Shown: positions 1-14,912 of the stretch, piece after piece
Numbering within the stretch: position 1 is the first letter of the stretch
Layout of the letters: each line of letters begins with the position of its first letter
DNA from: Chrysomallon squamiferum
Taxonomy: Eukaryota > Animalia > Mollusca
Reading direction: 5' to 3'
Assembly (NCBI GenBank): GCA_012295275.1
Contig: CM022675.1
Location: 6,696,001-6,760,000, forward strand
DNA: 64,000 nt
Program-made: the position numbers and the translations under genes
The notes under the pieces: generated by a model
Database searches by the model: none
The model's input: only the letters and a program-made list of their open reading frames with translations
Told to the model about the DNA's origin: nothing

Positions 1-489
1 ACAAAACCAAACACAATACAGTCTGTGATATACTAACAATTACAGATTTTGTTTGTTTATTAGAAGTGTAACAAACAAAATACAGAAATAATTTTTTATC
101 ATGGTCTAGTCATTTTCAGAACAGGGCCAGATTATCCTACTTATACACATATACCATTATATCATTAAAATACTTTTAAAATATCTGAACAAAGTCTAGA
201 ATATTTACATTTATGAACTATGCATGTAACAAGTATAATAATAATAATAATAATAATAATCATAATCATAATAAATAATAATATTAGTAATAATAGCAAC
301 AACAACAACAATAATAATAAGATGAGAAAGAAGAAGACAGAATTCAGTAATAAAATCATATCTAATCTTTATAAATGTTAAATGATAAGACAAATTTTAA
401 AATCGAAAAATCGAAGGTATTCTGCAGATACCGAAATACAAGATAATGGAGTATAAATTATACATATATATGTATATATATACCTATTG

Positions 490-1735
490 ATTTTAAATGT
501 GGAGAATATTCGTTTTATGTTACAGATACCATCAACAGAACGGCAGATTTCTGTTGACAGAAAAGTATATACAGAACACTGCAAAGCGGGGTTGGGATTA
601 CTAGTTGGAACTGGAAATGTTATATTTTTAAGAAATTACTCCAGAAATCAAAGAATTAATTGAAACATATGTTATACAAGAAACAGATATTATGCTTTCT
701 TGTTATTATTAAATAAATAATCAAACTAAAGCAGAATTAGTGACAATGTATTTCTGATGGGGTTTTTGTATATTTTTTATTAGTGTATTAATTGTTTTTT
801 TGTTTTTGTTTTTTCCTTTAAATTTTATTTTCCGTTGATTTGTAATTTCCATATTTTTTTTTTCTTATGGACAACACTTGAAAATAAAAATAAACAATGA
901 CAAGATTCTTGAAGCGAAAAAAAAAAATGTCACGTGTTTACTTGACATAGAAGATGTAGTGTTTCGATGCAGTGACATTACTTCGTAGTAGAAATGATAC
1001 GTGTTTACAAGATTTCACAATAACATTTCAGTTATCTACAGTTTAAGAGAAAAAAGAATCATTACAAACTTGAAGGAAGAAAACATTGGTGTGTCTATGG
1101 CAAGCAAGATGACTGTAATTGATTTCAAAACAGACCGATCTGCATAACCTACTAATGAGAAATAAATAATAAAAAAGATGATGATAATGATTATGATTAT
1201 GACAATAAAATGTAAAAAAAATAATATACATTACAAAATTGGATATTACCTATGATAGTAGAAATTAGTGAAAGAATTCTATTATTATTATTATTAATAA
1301 TACAAAAAGATTTTCTACTGCAAATTACATAGCTGTACTCCTTATGGACAAGCAAAAATAAATATAACAAAAAAAAAAAAAAAAACGTCATTAGATGCGT
1401 AAGCGTTTCTTAGCAACAGCCGGCTCCAAAACGTCAAAATTTGATCCGAAACAACAAAATGTCAAATAACTGAATCAGGTAGCCAAATTACAGTTAATGA
1501 TAAAGATATTTACTAAAAATCTGATTATGTTAAAAAATCAGTTTTTTTTTTATTTATTTATTTATTTATTACAGAGCTGTATTAAACCCGAAACATTCGT
1601 CAGAAATATTCAAACTCTGAAATACCAGAGAATGAAATATATGTTTTTGTTATATTTATTTTAAAAGTAGAGAATATTTCTTTATATTACAGATGCCATC
1701 AACAGAACGGAATGCAGTGAAAGAAATATAACGAA
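490..1735. repeat. Two diverged copies of a short dispersed repeat (~490-550 and ~1660-1715)
   Basis: 'gagaatatt.cttt..ttacagat(a/g)ccatcaacagaacgg' present twice. Confidence 0.7.
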
Positions 1736-2654
1736 TTATTACTGGTTCATAATTGTCTTCTATTTGTAGATTAATGGGCTTAACAATATTTTTTATAAAA
1801 TACACACCTAGCAGTAAACAATTTAAATAAACACCTTGCAGTAATTTACTGAAATATTTCTGTCTTATATTTTCTTCTGAAGGACGCACGATATGTATTA
1901 AATATTTATCTTGATTTTTATGTTTATTACAGTAATTTAAATAAACAATTAAACTGAAGAACAATAAATGAATATATTTTCTGTATTTTCTTTTTTCTTT
2001 TACCACTGTATCCATGTTATGCTATCTAAAATATATCTATCTTTAAAAAAAACACTACGCCAAAGGGTGATAATATCAACAATAGAAGGACATGAAATTA
2101 CAATAAAAATAAAATAAACGTATTTAAGACAGACGCAAGTATATAAAATGCAATGCTTGTAGTTTTCTTTAAAATTTAAATTATTTGCAATATAAATTCG
2201 ATCATGAAATCTTCAAAAACATCATTACAGTTTTAATATTCATATATATATATATATATATAAACATATTTTTTGAAATCAAGGTATCAGAAAGTGAATT
2301 TCATCATCAGTGAAATTATTTATGATAAACAAAAAAGGTTCATTTTGTCTTAAGCTGACAAATTAATAAATCTATTGTATCAAGTTAATTTATAATAATA
2401 ATTATTTTTATTATTATTATTATTGTTATTATTACATTGACAGTGTAATAATAATAATAATATTAATAATAAAATAATAATAATAATAATTATAACAATA
2501 ACAACAATGAACAAATATTAAAATGTATAAAAATTATCCGCAATTGTTTTTGATATTCGTTCAAATTCTTTTCTTCTGATTATTGGTCTGAAATAACATG
2601 AAATGCATTCTTATAAGCTCTTATAAATGCCTATCTTAAAAAAAAAAAAATTCT

Positions 2655-2698
<44 letters not shown>

Positions 2699-2886
2699 GT
2701 TTGGTATGGCTATGAGCACCGTGTATATAGCCTTTGTATGTTTAAAAATTATAATTTTCATGCGATGATTTGAACAGTTCTAGCTTAGTGATATGCGGAT
2801 TTGTCAAATACAGTATCAGAAATGCTGCTATGATTATTTTAATTAATAAACAGAAAGAAAGAAAGAAGAAATTAATTAACGATAAA

Positions 2887-2918
<32 letters not shown>

Positions 2919-3901
2919 CAATAATAACAATTGCTTTAAGAAAAAATATGACATTATTAAGCAAATCTTATTTCAATAAAATGAGTAGGCACAAAATATA
3001 TATATTATTACAATTTACATTTACAAAACACACACTCACTGTGACACACACACATATAAACTGGCATGAATTATGGGACTTAACAGAAAATGTTTCTTAG
3101 TATATTCTCCCAATTTAAAACTACATAATATACTTATGGTACATCTGAATTACGGTAATATTTGCTCATGCATTTATTTATATATGATGTAATTCATTGA
3201 TGTACATAGATGTGCTTATAGTGGCCCTCTTTTATGAAATCATCTAAATGTGCACTTAAATAATATTGTATTTCCTACATTCATTTGAAAGAAAAACATT
3301 TTTTGTGCTTGCTTGCACTCGTGGGACTGTTGTGCAGTTCTAAGACAGTTTCGTAAATAGTATTACGAAATTACACACCCCTTTCCTACTGGTGTTTGTT
3401 TTTCAGTACCAAATTCTCCAGACACCATCCAACACATACACAATAACAGATCCTTGATAAATATCACAATTCATATAACTCCAACGAGACTGTTGATTAC
3501 CAAGCTTTCACAGGATTTTTGTATTGTTTGTTGTTGTTGAGGGAATTTAGTTGTTGTTTGTTTGTTTTTGGGAGGGGTTTGTTGTTGTTTTTTGTTTTGT
3601 TGTTTTCTGGGGGGAGGGAGGTTTCATTTATCATAAAATTATTAACCTATGTAAAATAACTAAAGGTATATTTTAATATAATCAACAGCTGTTGTGTTTC
3701 TGCATTTCTTCTAAAACTGTTGAAGAAGTTTCAAAGAATCTCTGACCTAGACCGTCACTTTTCTTTTCGTTGGCACAAGAGTTAAGGATCTGCAATTATT
3801 TACTTCAGATTAGTTATCCATTTGCTAACTTATACAATTTATAATTTTCTCATTTACTTTGATATCGTATTATTCAGTCTGTTGCTCGCTAGCTTACTTA
3901 C

Positions 3902-4165
3902 GGGTAGAAGGACAACGACTAATCATGCTGTCCAGTCGTCTTCTTTAGAACTGTCGATGCATGGAATATTTTAGTTTGTTAAAATCAGTCTTGAAATTGT
4001 CTCTTGCAGATTTGAAATCTTTTTAGTTTGTCGTCTTCGTCTTCTGGCCATTTGAGGGAGTCTGTGTGTTTGTCGCTTCCACTATGATTTAGTCGTTAAT
4101 TCTCACTTCGAGAGCACCGCTGCATCATCTTTGTTGTGAAAACAACGTCATTAGTGACGTCACGA
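3902..4165 (-). other. Candidate first exon/promoter of a minus-strand gene running off the left edge
   Basis: Palindromic GTGACGTCAC (CRE) at 4154-4163, followed leftwards by complex CpG-retaining sequence, ATG at 3926 (MISRCPST) and a consensus donor CC|GTAAGT at 3902/3901. No downstream exon was found. Confidence 0.3.
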
Positions 4166-6149
4166 GTATGTTTTTCCCATAAAGAGGTCAGCTGAAAATT
4201 CGGAACCTGAATCTCTCTTCTGTCGGTCACAAAAACGACTCGGTATAAAATTAAAAATTAAAGTACGTGCTTTATTTCCAGTGTGTAAAGTCAATAAGGC
4301 CTGGTGAAATCTGGATGTCCTAATGAGGTCAAATGAAACTGTGGAATATACTTTGCCTGCATGTATGTTATCAACATAAAGTAAAAGGCTGCGAACCTGA
4401 AAAGTGTTATAATTGTTTCGAATGCTTCACTTTTAAACTGTTGGTGTTAAAAGTTCTCGTCATTTTTAAGCTGTGATTGTGTGCTTTAATTGTCCCATGG
4501 CAAATCTGACTAATTCTGTGACAAAATCTGATTAATTCTGTGACACACTCACCTCTTTTCAGCTGCTAGTTCGTCTATTCTTAAGTGACGGTAATTAAGA
4601 CGATTGTGGAAGTTTTGCAGTCGTCTGCAACGTCAGACGATTCATTTTGCTGTTCACAGTTGAAACTTTAAAAATGTTTGGAACATTCAGTTCACGTATA
4701 TATCGGCCTGTGTTAAGCTGAAAATATTTTACAAACAATTTAATTAAATTAATATAATATATGCCATTTACATTCATTTCAAAAATAATAAATAAATAAA
4801 TAAATAAATAAAAAAGCATAAAATGTAATATTCAGGAGATACGAAGCTGGTTGGAATTATGATATATTAATGGCGAAATTTACAAACAAAATTTACAAAC
4901 CCTGATCGTCTACTACTCGGCAGTCGGCAACTTCTGCGGGAAAGTAGACTAAATCTGCTCCAGAGAAAAACCGACAGCATCCTTTACTGACCAGCTGCAA
5001 AAAATAAATAAATAAAAGAAATAAATTATATTTTTGATATTTAATCTTAATGTATATGGAAGCTAGAAAAGAGTTCGTTCTCGACAGATTTTAATGAAAT
5101 TAAGTTATTAAAAAAAAAAAGTTATCAAATAAAAAATATATTGGCTGTAAGTGCAAAAATTCACCATTACAAAAGGCGTTCTTTTTAACAAACTGACACG
5201 ACAATGCACAAGCATGTAGAAATATACCTGAACTAAACTAAAGATAAGGCTATCAAGAAAAAAATATTAATCATCTTCGTAGGTTGATCGTCTAGTGATA
5301 TTTTTAGACACTTCTTTTACCGTACTGTTCTTTTTTTTTTCTTCTTGAAAATTCTGCTCAGATGAAAACAAAACGTGTGCGGGAATCATTGGTGAGGTGT
5401 GAACTACGTCTGGAAAATGTCCAGTTCCTCCGTTTCTGAAAGTTCGTACAGATAAAACAAGACAAATGTAGTCAGTGACCTGGCGTTCAAGCCAGACGAT
5501 CTTAGTTGCAGCGTTCTGCAAACTGTCGCAGTCTGTCGCAGTCTGACGTCAGTGCCTCGTTTTCACATACCTAGCACTTTTATATTTAATTATAGTTTGT
5601 TTGTTTTATTATTTTTATTATTATTATTATTATTATTTCTCTTTCATTTTCTTTCATTATATTAATATATATATATATTCCCTTTTTATTAATTATATAA
5701 ATTTTCATAACGTCGTAAGTCTTCCCCCCCCCCCCCTGACTCAAGAAAACATGTCATCGAACAAACACGTAGAGTTTACGTTTGTGTAGCAGACGTCAAG
5801 ATTATTCCCCGCGGATAACCTTTTTGCAGGAAAGATTATTTAGATTGGTCATCTATGCATTCCTTTACTAAAATATGTCAAATAAAAGTGTAAAATGCTG
5901 TGTAGTATGCCATAAAAACGATCATCCGGGGAAAAAGATGTTATTTATGTTGTAAATACAGGAGTCTGACCAATGAAAGAGTCGGAAGAAGGTCACATGA
6001 TTTCATTCGACCTTGGGCTTTTTTTTTTTTTTTTTTTTTTTTTTTTTCTTTTTTTCATGCAACTTTATCACATTTCCAATCGACTACAATCGGCATAATA
6101 AAACGAAATTTAAAACAAAAATTATAACATTAAAAAATAGATAAATAAA

Positions 6150-6180
<31 letters not shown>

Positions 6181-6447
6181 TAGTAAAAGAAATAATAAAA
6201 GAAAATGAAAGAAATACAATAACAATACAAATAATGATAATAAACAAAATTAAATATAAACTGTGTTTTAATGAGATATTAATGAATGTAATAAATTTGG
6301 CTTGATGAGTTTATAATTATATATAAAGGGATTTTTTCGATTCTGAACTCACCCCCACAGACATCATGCAAGTATAAATTCAGCTTTGCAACATACGTAC
6401 ATCATAACTTATTCACAAACCAAAGTGAATATCTGATTGTAGAGACT

Positions 6448-6499
<52 letters not shown>

Positions 6500-6744
6500 T
6501 TGTTTTTTTTGCTTTGTGGTTTTGTTTTGGGGTACTGCTGCTTTTTGTCATTTGTTGTTTGTTTTTTTTTGTTTTTTTTTTTGCTTTTTTTTGGGGTTTT
6601 GTTGTTATTGTTTTGCTGTTTCTGTTTTTGTTTAGATAAAGAACTATTTAACCTAGTTTAATGAAAGTGTTTATAATCATTTTCTAATTTATTAATTTTT
6701 TTATAACATACCTACCTTAATTAACATACATACCTCAAAATTAA

Positions 6745-6775
<31 letters not shown>

Positions 6776-7073
6776 GGTCATCATCTTTCAGTTCGATTGA
6801 ATATTGTCTACCAAACTAAGCAGAACTCGATGCGGCAATGGATTCAAATTTCTGTTCGTTAAATCTAACGAAAAGTATTTATAAATGTTACAAACATGAC
6901 GTCATGATTACATAACAAATCCGATTTGTCGATATTTCTATAGTCCCTTTGTCCTTCTAATGCACTGAAATTTTTTTTTTTTTTTTTTTTAAATAGTATG
7001 ATAAATTTACTGGTACATCCATATATTATTTAGTATGTTTGTTTTATTTTTTTTTTTTTTTTTTTTTTAATCA

Positions 7074-7112
<39 letters not shown>

Positions 7113-7344
7113 TACTACTACTATTACCGCTATTAATATTATGACTTATTATTATCATCATCATCATTATCATCATCATAATAATCATTATCATTACCAT
7201 TACAGCAGCAACTATTATTACTACTACTACTACAACTACTATTACTTTTACTACTACTATTACTACTACTACTATTATTATTATTATCATCATCATAATC
7301 ATTATAATTACCATTATAATTACCATTACAACAGAAATACTGCT

Positions 7345-7391
<47 letters not shown>

Positions 7392-8128
7392 TTATTATTA
7401 TTATTATTATTATGATAAAGGTTAATCTAATTAACAATAGAGTGTTTATCATCAATCCTAAATATATTTAGATTTTTGTATTTAGATAAAAGTTCATACG
7501 TTTCATATATTCCTCACAATTTACACGTTTGACGTGGCGCTTTTAGTTAGGTGAATTACTTATAAACTGACTCTTTCTCCCCCACTCCTTTTCCTCTTTC
7601 TTTTCTGTTTAAAAAAATATTCAAACATAATATTAATGGAGGTAAAAAGCTTTCGTCGCGAGCAATCACCGTGTAAGCATATTGCGTGCACGACACACTT
7701 TCTTAAATATTTTTCTTTCAATAACGAATCTCATTTCCTTTTGAAAATGATATCCATGCAGTTTATGGAGAAGCTTTTCTGTAGCTATAAATCCATCCTT
7801 ATTTTCGTAATTATTCTGTAAAATAACTGTCAGTGAGAAAAAAATAAAATAAAAAATGTCCAAACGTCGAAGAAGAAGACATCATCAGAATTTGTAATCA
7901 TGCTGAATTAATTCACTTCCGGTTTTAATAAGAAGCAGAAGAACAGCAGCAACATTAACAATAACGACAACAACAACAAAAAAGCAAAGATAAATTTGAC
8001 AAATAATAACTGAAAAACAAAAAGACAACGTGAGAAAAAAAAAAGCTCTTAAAATATTAGTACATATGTATGTGTATATGTGTGTATGTATGTACCTTTG
8101 TATGTGTGTATTCAGAAATGATTCTGCT

Positions 8129-8198
<70 letters not shown>

Positions 8199-11100
8199 AA
8201 ACATGATTATAATTCACAACACATCTCTACGAACTCCTTTACAAATAAGAGCAAATTTAACTGCTAATAACACACTCCTGAGGTCATTTCGTGCATTTTA
8301 ACAACAAAAAGAAAATTACTGTTTCATCCTCCACGCACTCATTTTTATCCTCCTGTTTTGTCACACAAACACGGGATATCTCTCTCCTTTTTTTTAAATC
8401 CGATTCTAGTCACGATTCTAGCTAGTTTAGAGGAAATAAGACCCAGCATCTTATAATTTCATAAGTGAATAGACGCCATTTTTTTTTTCACACATACGCG
8501 TCCATCCTATTTCCTGTGCTGCGCACGTCGTGTACGCCGTTTCAGACGTTCCAAAAGAGACCAGCCGACAATCTCATTGACGTTTATTTCCGATGACGGG
8601 AACTGAACAAGGAATGTGTAAATGAAGAGAACAACAAAACGTCACAAAGCCTGCGCAGAGTTACTGAACAAGATAATCTCGCTGACCAGCGTGTTGTTAG
8701 TGGTTATTCTAAGAGTACGTCAGTTCATTAAGCTGGATTGGATTTCTAAAAGCAGAATGGAGGAGGGTGTTAAATACGAGATTTGTTTATTTTGTTTGTT
8801 TGTTTGTTTGTTTGTTTATCTGTTTAATTGTTTGTTTGTTTATCTGTGTGTTTGTTTGTTTGTTTATTCACGTATTTATTTATTTTATTTTTGTTTATTT
8901 TTTATTATTCATTTTATTTTATTTTTGTTTATTTTTTATTATTCATTTTATTTTATTTTTATTTTATTTTTTTTTTATTCCATTTTATTTCATTTCATTT
9001 CTTTCTTATTTTTTTTTTTTAGTTCATTTTATTTACTTATTTAGTTTATTACAAGATTTCATTCATTATTTATTTAGTTTTTATGAAAGAATTTTGATGA
9101 TGATTATTATTGTTATCTATTATTATTATTATCATCATCACTGTCACAATCATTTCTAAATTTATATAAAAAAGGCATTTCTCACTTCTTTTTATTATTT
9201 TTTTGTTTTAATTTTTTTCTCAAGATAGCTTCATCAAACTAGAATCTCGTATAACATATATGAGTTATCTTTTTCATTTTTACGCATAGTCCCCCCCCCC
9301 ATATATCTTCTCTTTATATTTAATACAATTAGAGAATATAATGCAGACTTAAATATTCACAAAATACAGCAGATCAGTTAAACACTGTCTTTAGAAATCC
9401 AACTTATAAACACATTCTTAACACACTGTTAGTGTTTGGTCAAATTTCTTCTATAATATTTTTTGTTTCGTTGGAAAAACGCTTAAAATAGCTTCGTCAT
9501 TGCATTCATTTCAGAGGGATCTAAGGGAGATAATCACAAACGAACATAGAGTTATACCGCTTCCTTTTCCATATGGTATTTGCTTTCTAAAGGTTTCCAG
9601 TGTTGCAGAATTTACAAGTTTCGCGTCAAGGTATATTAATATTTATTCCAGAAAAAGAACAATATTAAATTTATTATATATAAAATATATATGGAATAAC
9701 AGCCGGGTTATATATAGTTTTTATTCTTTTTATTTTTTTATTTTTTTTTTATATTTTCACTTTGGTTTTTTGTCAATTAACTCCGAGGTACGATTGGGTT
9801 GTATGTCGTTCCACGAGAGGTTAATGTGAACAAGAACAAGAGGAAGTTGAAGATGAGGATGCTGCTGCTGATGATGATGATTATGACGACGACGATGATA
9901 TTTATTATGATGATGATTATCATATAATGATGATGATGACGGTGACGTCTGGATATTCATTTTGTACTAAAGGTACTTTCAGGAGGATACTAAAAGATCA
10001 TTTTTGATGCTAATCAAAAGGTTTGGCGACAAAGGCTTTTTCTCTCATTACGACATGTAGCCACGGTCTGGTATAACACATAAAACCAGTAATCCAGTGT
10101 TAAAAGACCTTTTCATCCATTTATAAAACTCTGATTCAGTAATTTGATGTGAGTTAAAAAGAAACGGATGCAGTAGGTTAATGTAATACGAGTCAATTAA
10201 AAAAAAAAAAAAAAATAAAAAAAAATACCCTCACACTTTTCACTTCTGCTCCACCGGTCTACGAAAGAACAAGCCGCAGACGATGGATAAATAATCTAAC
10301 AGCACTTCAGCACCTCTGGAGTAAAAAGTTTCCTCGTGAAGGAAAGTAGATTAACGTACGCTATGCCGAGCGCTGATTTCACACCTCAACGAGGCTGAAG
10401 CGAAACTGCGACGAATGATAAACGATTCCAAACTCTTTCACACATCTCATAAATCTTTATACTCGATGATTTGGAGATTTGCACCTCTGTTGACATCTAG
10501 ACTTGGCCCTACGACGGTGATGCGATAACTTAAAATGATGGTTTAGTAGTAGAGGAAAATGTGAATCCACGGATCCATAAATCATAGTCATGTGACCAAT
10601 CGGTAATTGATCCTCCCAAGGGAAATAATTTCCTTTTCTGTAAATGATAGATTGCGAAAAAGCATTAAGGTTTCTTTTCTGATGGGAAATTCAACAAAGA
10701 GGTGGCAACAGAAGTGTGTAGATAATGGATTTCTCATACTAAAAGGCTAAGATATCATTTTGTTTGAGAAATAAAGAAATATCTGCAACATTTTTCTTCG
10801 TTTATTTGCTTGTATTTGCTTTCAGCTGAACTGACAGTTTAAAAATCAGCTTAAATTCTTCTCTCATCCCTTTTCTGTGATTTTCTTTTTTCTTCTTTTT
10901 GCTTTCTGGTTTTCTTCTTTTTTTCTTTCTTTTCTTTTTTTTTCTTTTTTTTTTTTTTTTTGACCTTGTGATAAAGAAAAAATTCATGATAACGGAGTTA
11001 AAAAAAAAAATAGAATAAAATAAAGAAAGTGATTGTATCGATAACAAGAAAAACTGAAAAAAAAAAGAAAAGAACAGAAAAAGAGACAAAATAATCGAAT

Positions 11101-12687
11101 AAAGAAGAAAAAAAACCCAGAAGAATAGAAACAATGAATCAAAGAAAAAAAGAAAAGATTAAAATTAAGATTAAGAAAAAAAATCAGCTGTGTGTATTTT
11201 ATTTAATAATTTATTTATTTATTAATGCTGTTGTTTATTTTATTTTATTTTATTTTATTTTATTTTGTTTTGTCTACGTCACTATAAAATATCGCTGACA
11301 GCAGTGTTTTGACAGAAATGTAATTACGTCATACAGCAGGTTTTCCGTAGCTGAAAGGATCATATTTATTTTCTGGACCAATTACTTTGGAAGATTAGTG
11401 AAAAGTTGCTGTCTAAATTCTGACTAACGATGATGACAGTGTGGACTCTATTTGATCGCATGTTCTCCCCTGCACATAAAAAATTTTAAAAAATAAAATC
11501 AATAAATCAATCAATCCATAAATAAATAAACAAATAATGAGTGAATGAATGAATGAATGAATGAATGAATGCCAACTCAAAGACATTTTATTTTCATTAA
11601 CGAAAACTATTATTATTAATGACACGAAAGAAAACGAAACTAGCGATCTGAAAATATCTGGAAATATCAAGTTACTAAGCAGAACCCTTCCTATCGATTT
11701 AAAACAGAGAAAAAAAAAAAAAATGTATTTACGACATTACGGACCTAATGCCAAAATGAGGGTGATAATTATCTTTAACTTGGCGTTCAATCTGCGAACA
11801 TTTTCAGATAATAATTCAGGAGATTAATTTTGCTTCCGACCTTTTCAGTTAGGTTTTTTTATTTTTGGTTCGTTCTTTTTTTCATCTTCTTTTAAAAAAA
11901 AAAAAAAAATTTATTTATTTTATAGATAGATAGATAGATTTTTAGATAGATCAGATTTTTTTTTTTTTTTTTTTTTGCTCTAGTTGTCCGAGCTGTATGG
12001 CGTTCTGTCCTTTTTATCTAAACTAAGTCCTGAAAAAGTCGCTAATATTAACAGTTGTGATAGGAAAATCTTCATTTTGCAGTAATTTAGAGTCGTCTCT
12101 TTTCAGTACCTTTAGGGGGGAAATCACAACTGTATTTAGATATGTACATGCATATATTTCTAGAAACACACATACAAACTATGTACATACATACATGCAA
12201 AACATACGTGCATACATACATACATAATTCCTTTTACATTAATTTTACCGAATTTAAATTTGTTTAGGTTTCATGCGTTCAGGTAATCTGACGTCATAGC
12301 ATCAATGACGTCTACTATGCCGAAATAAAAACAAAGAATTAATTTTCCAAAAAAAAACTTAATTATTGATAATCGATAACACAGTTTTAAATAATATCCT
12401 TGTTTTTATTTTGAATTTTATAAACAAACAAACAAACAAACAAACAAGTCTGCAAATAATTAAAACAGAATTAATTATTTTAAAATTACCTAATTTACAA
12501 AAATATTACGAAAAAAATCGAAAAAATTATTATTTTATTTTTTTTATAAATAAATAAACAATTAGATAAACAAATTAATAAAACAAAATAAAGCTTCGGT
12601 TCAAACAAGAGTATCAGATCAAAAAATAGAATTTTTAGTAACATCAAATGCAAAAATAAAGAATCTTGATAGTCAATATTAGAATCG

Positions 12688-12990
12688 GTTACCGCCCTTG
12701 TGTGGTTGTCTGTTCACTGATATATTTAGTTTCCGCAATTGTACGAGAAACGGTTCACTGAAATATTTAGTTACCGCCCTTGTGTGAGAGATGTTCACCA
12801 ATGTATTTTGAGTTACCGCCCTTGTGTGACATATGTTCACTGATATATTTAGTTACCGCCCTTGTGTGAGACATGTTCACTGATATATTTAGAGTTACCA
12901 CCCTTGTGTGAGATATGTTCACTGATATATTTAGAGTTACCGCCCTTGTGTGACATATGTTCATTGATATATTTAGAGTTATATGTGTGA
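12688..12990. repeat. Minisatellite, ~41-42 bp unit x ~8
   Basis: GTTACCGCCCTTGTGTGAGATATGTTCACTGATATATTTA(GA) recurring at 12688, 12729, 12770, 12812, 12853, 12894, 12936 and 12978; degenerate copy near 13140-13190. Confidence 0.92.
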
Positions 12991-13056
12991 GTATATTCAC
13001 CTTTATTCATCATCTATTTTGTGCTGATGAGAAGTATGAGCCTGATATATTTTGGT

Positions 13057-13358
13057 TATTTATTCAAAAATATTATAATATGAAATACAAAGCAATGGAC
13101 TGTTAAAATGTCACAAAACTGTACAAAAGGCTTTATTTTTAATGTTCACAGATATATTTAGTTATCGCAGTGAGGGAAAATGTTCACACTATAATTAGCT
13201 AAAATTCCATGAAGTGGTTGAAGTTTTAGATGGGTAGTGACTTTATTCAGTGATAGGAATATGTGTCACAAGAAAACTTTGGCTGTTTATCACAATTTAT
13301 TCAAAAATATTGTAATATGAAATACAAAGCAATGGACTGTTAAACTGTCAAAAACTGT
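13057..13358. repeat. ~65-bp direct repeat pair
   Basis: TTTATTCAAAAATATT(A/G)TAATATGAAATACAAAGCAATGGACTGTTAAA at ~13058 and ~13296. Confidence 0.85.
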
Positions 13359-13575
13359 AAAACTTACTTTTTAAAGCCTGCACACCCTGTCACTCATACT
13401 GTCACTGGTAAACTACTGCACATCAGTCAGAACTCGTTTAAAACGTGCATAAATGCTTTTTCCAGACAACCAGCTATTTCTTACTGGATATCTTTCCACT
13501 CTTAACATAATCAATTTTTTATCATCACAAATATCTATCTAGATCCTAGGATTTTGTGGGGCACATCTAAGCATA

Positions 13576-13762
13576 GTAATAATAATAACAACAACAGTAA
13601 TAATAATAACAGTAGTAATAATAACAATAATAATAAGAAGAAGAAGAAGAAGAAGAAGAAGAATAATAATAATACCAGTAACAATAATAAGAATAATAAT
13701 AATAAGAAGAAGAAGAAGAAGAATAAGAATAAGAATAAGAATAAGAATAAGAATAAGAATAA

Positions 13763-13858
<96 letters not shown>

Positions 13859-13912
13859 CAGTAACAATAATAACAGTAATAAAATTAATAATAAAGCATA
13901 ATAATAATACCA

Positions 13913-13962
<50 letters not shown>
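13576..13962. repeat. Compound (AAT)n/(AAG)n/(AATAAG)n microsatellite, representative of dozens in the window (e.g. 7075-7415, 43680-44280, 44725-44830 poly-T, 57721-57794 (AG)n)
   Basis: Directly visible simple repeats; the source of most spurious ORFs. Confidence 0.97.
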
Positions 13963-13964
<2 letters not shown>

Positions 13965-14851
13965 TCAAAGTACCTCCTGCATAGGAAGGAATTATTTGTT
14001 ATTGTTGTAGGTTCAAAGTGCATAACCATGTTGAATAAAGAAATGTCTGCTTGACTAGTCACCCTTATCAAGTTACTTCATATTATCAATGCTTCTTTTC
14101 AATTTGTGGTAAAACAAAAAGTAAAGAAGAAGAAACGAAGATACTGTCATAACTTGAATACAATAAATTGTCTCACAAAATAACATGACGGAGGTGTGAC
14201 ATGAATATAGTTTTTAAAATAAAAATAATAATTAAAAAAAGAAAATTAAAAATAGCACTGGGCTAGTTATGTATCTTACTTTGTAAATACAAGTCTTAAA
14301 TTTTATTTAAACAATAAAAGAGATGTGGCTGATTATGAAAAAAAAAAAAAAAAAAACATTGGGAAAGAATAACACAGCATTTTATAATATTGTAATCTGT
14401 GTATTAGATTCATTAATCTTCATAAACAGAAAAGCCAAACGAAAAGTCAAACCTTCATAAACTTGCAAACATAATTTTGTTTGTTTCGAATACAAAGTTT
14501 AAAATTAACTTCAACTAAATATACAAATATATGAAATACACCTTTTTTCATAACAAAAATGCTTGTATTATTTTAATTATCTCCCTTGGTACTGTTTATT
14601 AAACTGAAGTTGCACACGTTTTATTTGGCTGAGTGTGAATATCATTTGGTTTTGAATGTTGGGGATTGAAAATCTTCAATGGATAAATAATAACTGCTTC
14701 CTGCAACATTTTTATATATACTTGCTGTTGGACCTAAAAAAGAAAGAAAGTTTTGAATTACAACTAGAAAATTTAAAAATGGATTTTATGTAAATAATGA
14801 AAGGACATATGAGAATTAGTATTTGAATCTTATGCTGAAACAATAATCAAG

Positions 14852-14912
<61 letters not shown>

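Noticed and set aside
7030-7455. His/Tyr-rich or Val/Ile-rich ORFs as metal-binding proteins
   Set aside because: Pure (ATT)/(CAT)/(ACT) microsatellite
12688-12990. Regularly spaced ~41-bp repeats resembling a CRISPR array
   Set aside because: Units are contiguous with no unique spacers, the context is eukaryotic and there are no cas genes; it is a minisatellite
13970-14733. Possible Ulp1-like protease remnants at the 3' end of the minus-strand pseudogene
   Set aside because: The resemblance is faint and no catalytic His/Cys motifs could be found; needs an HMM search
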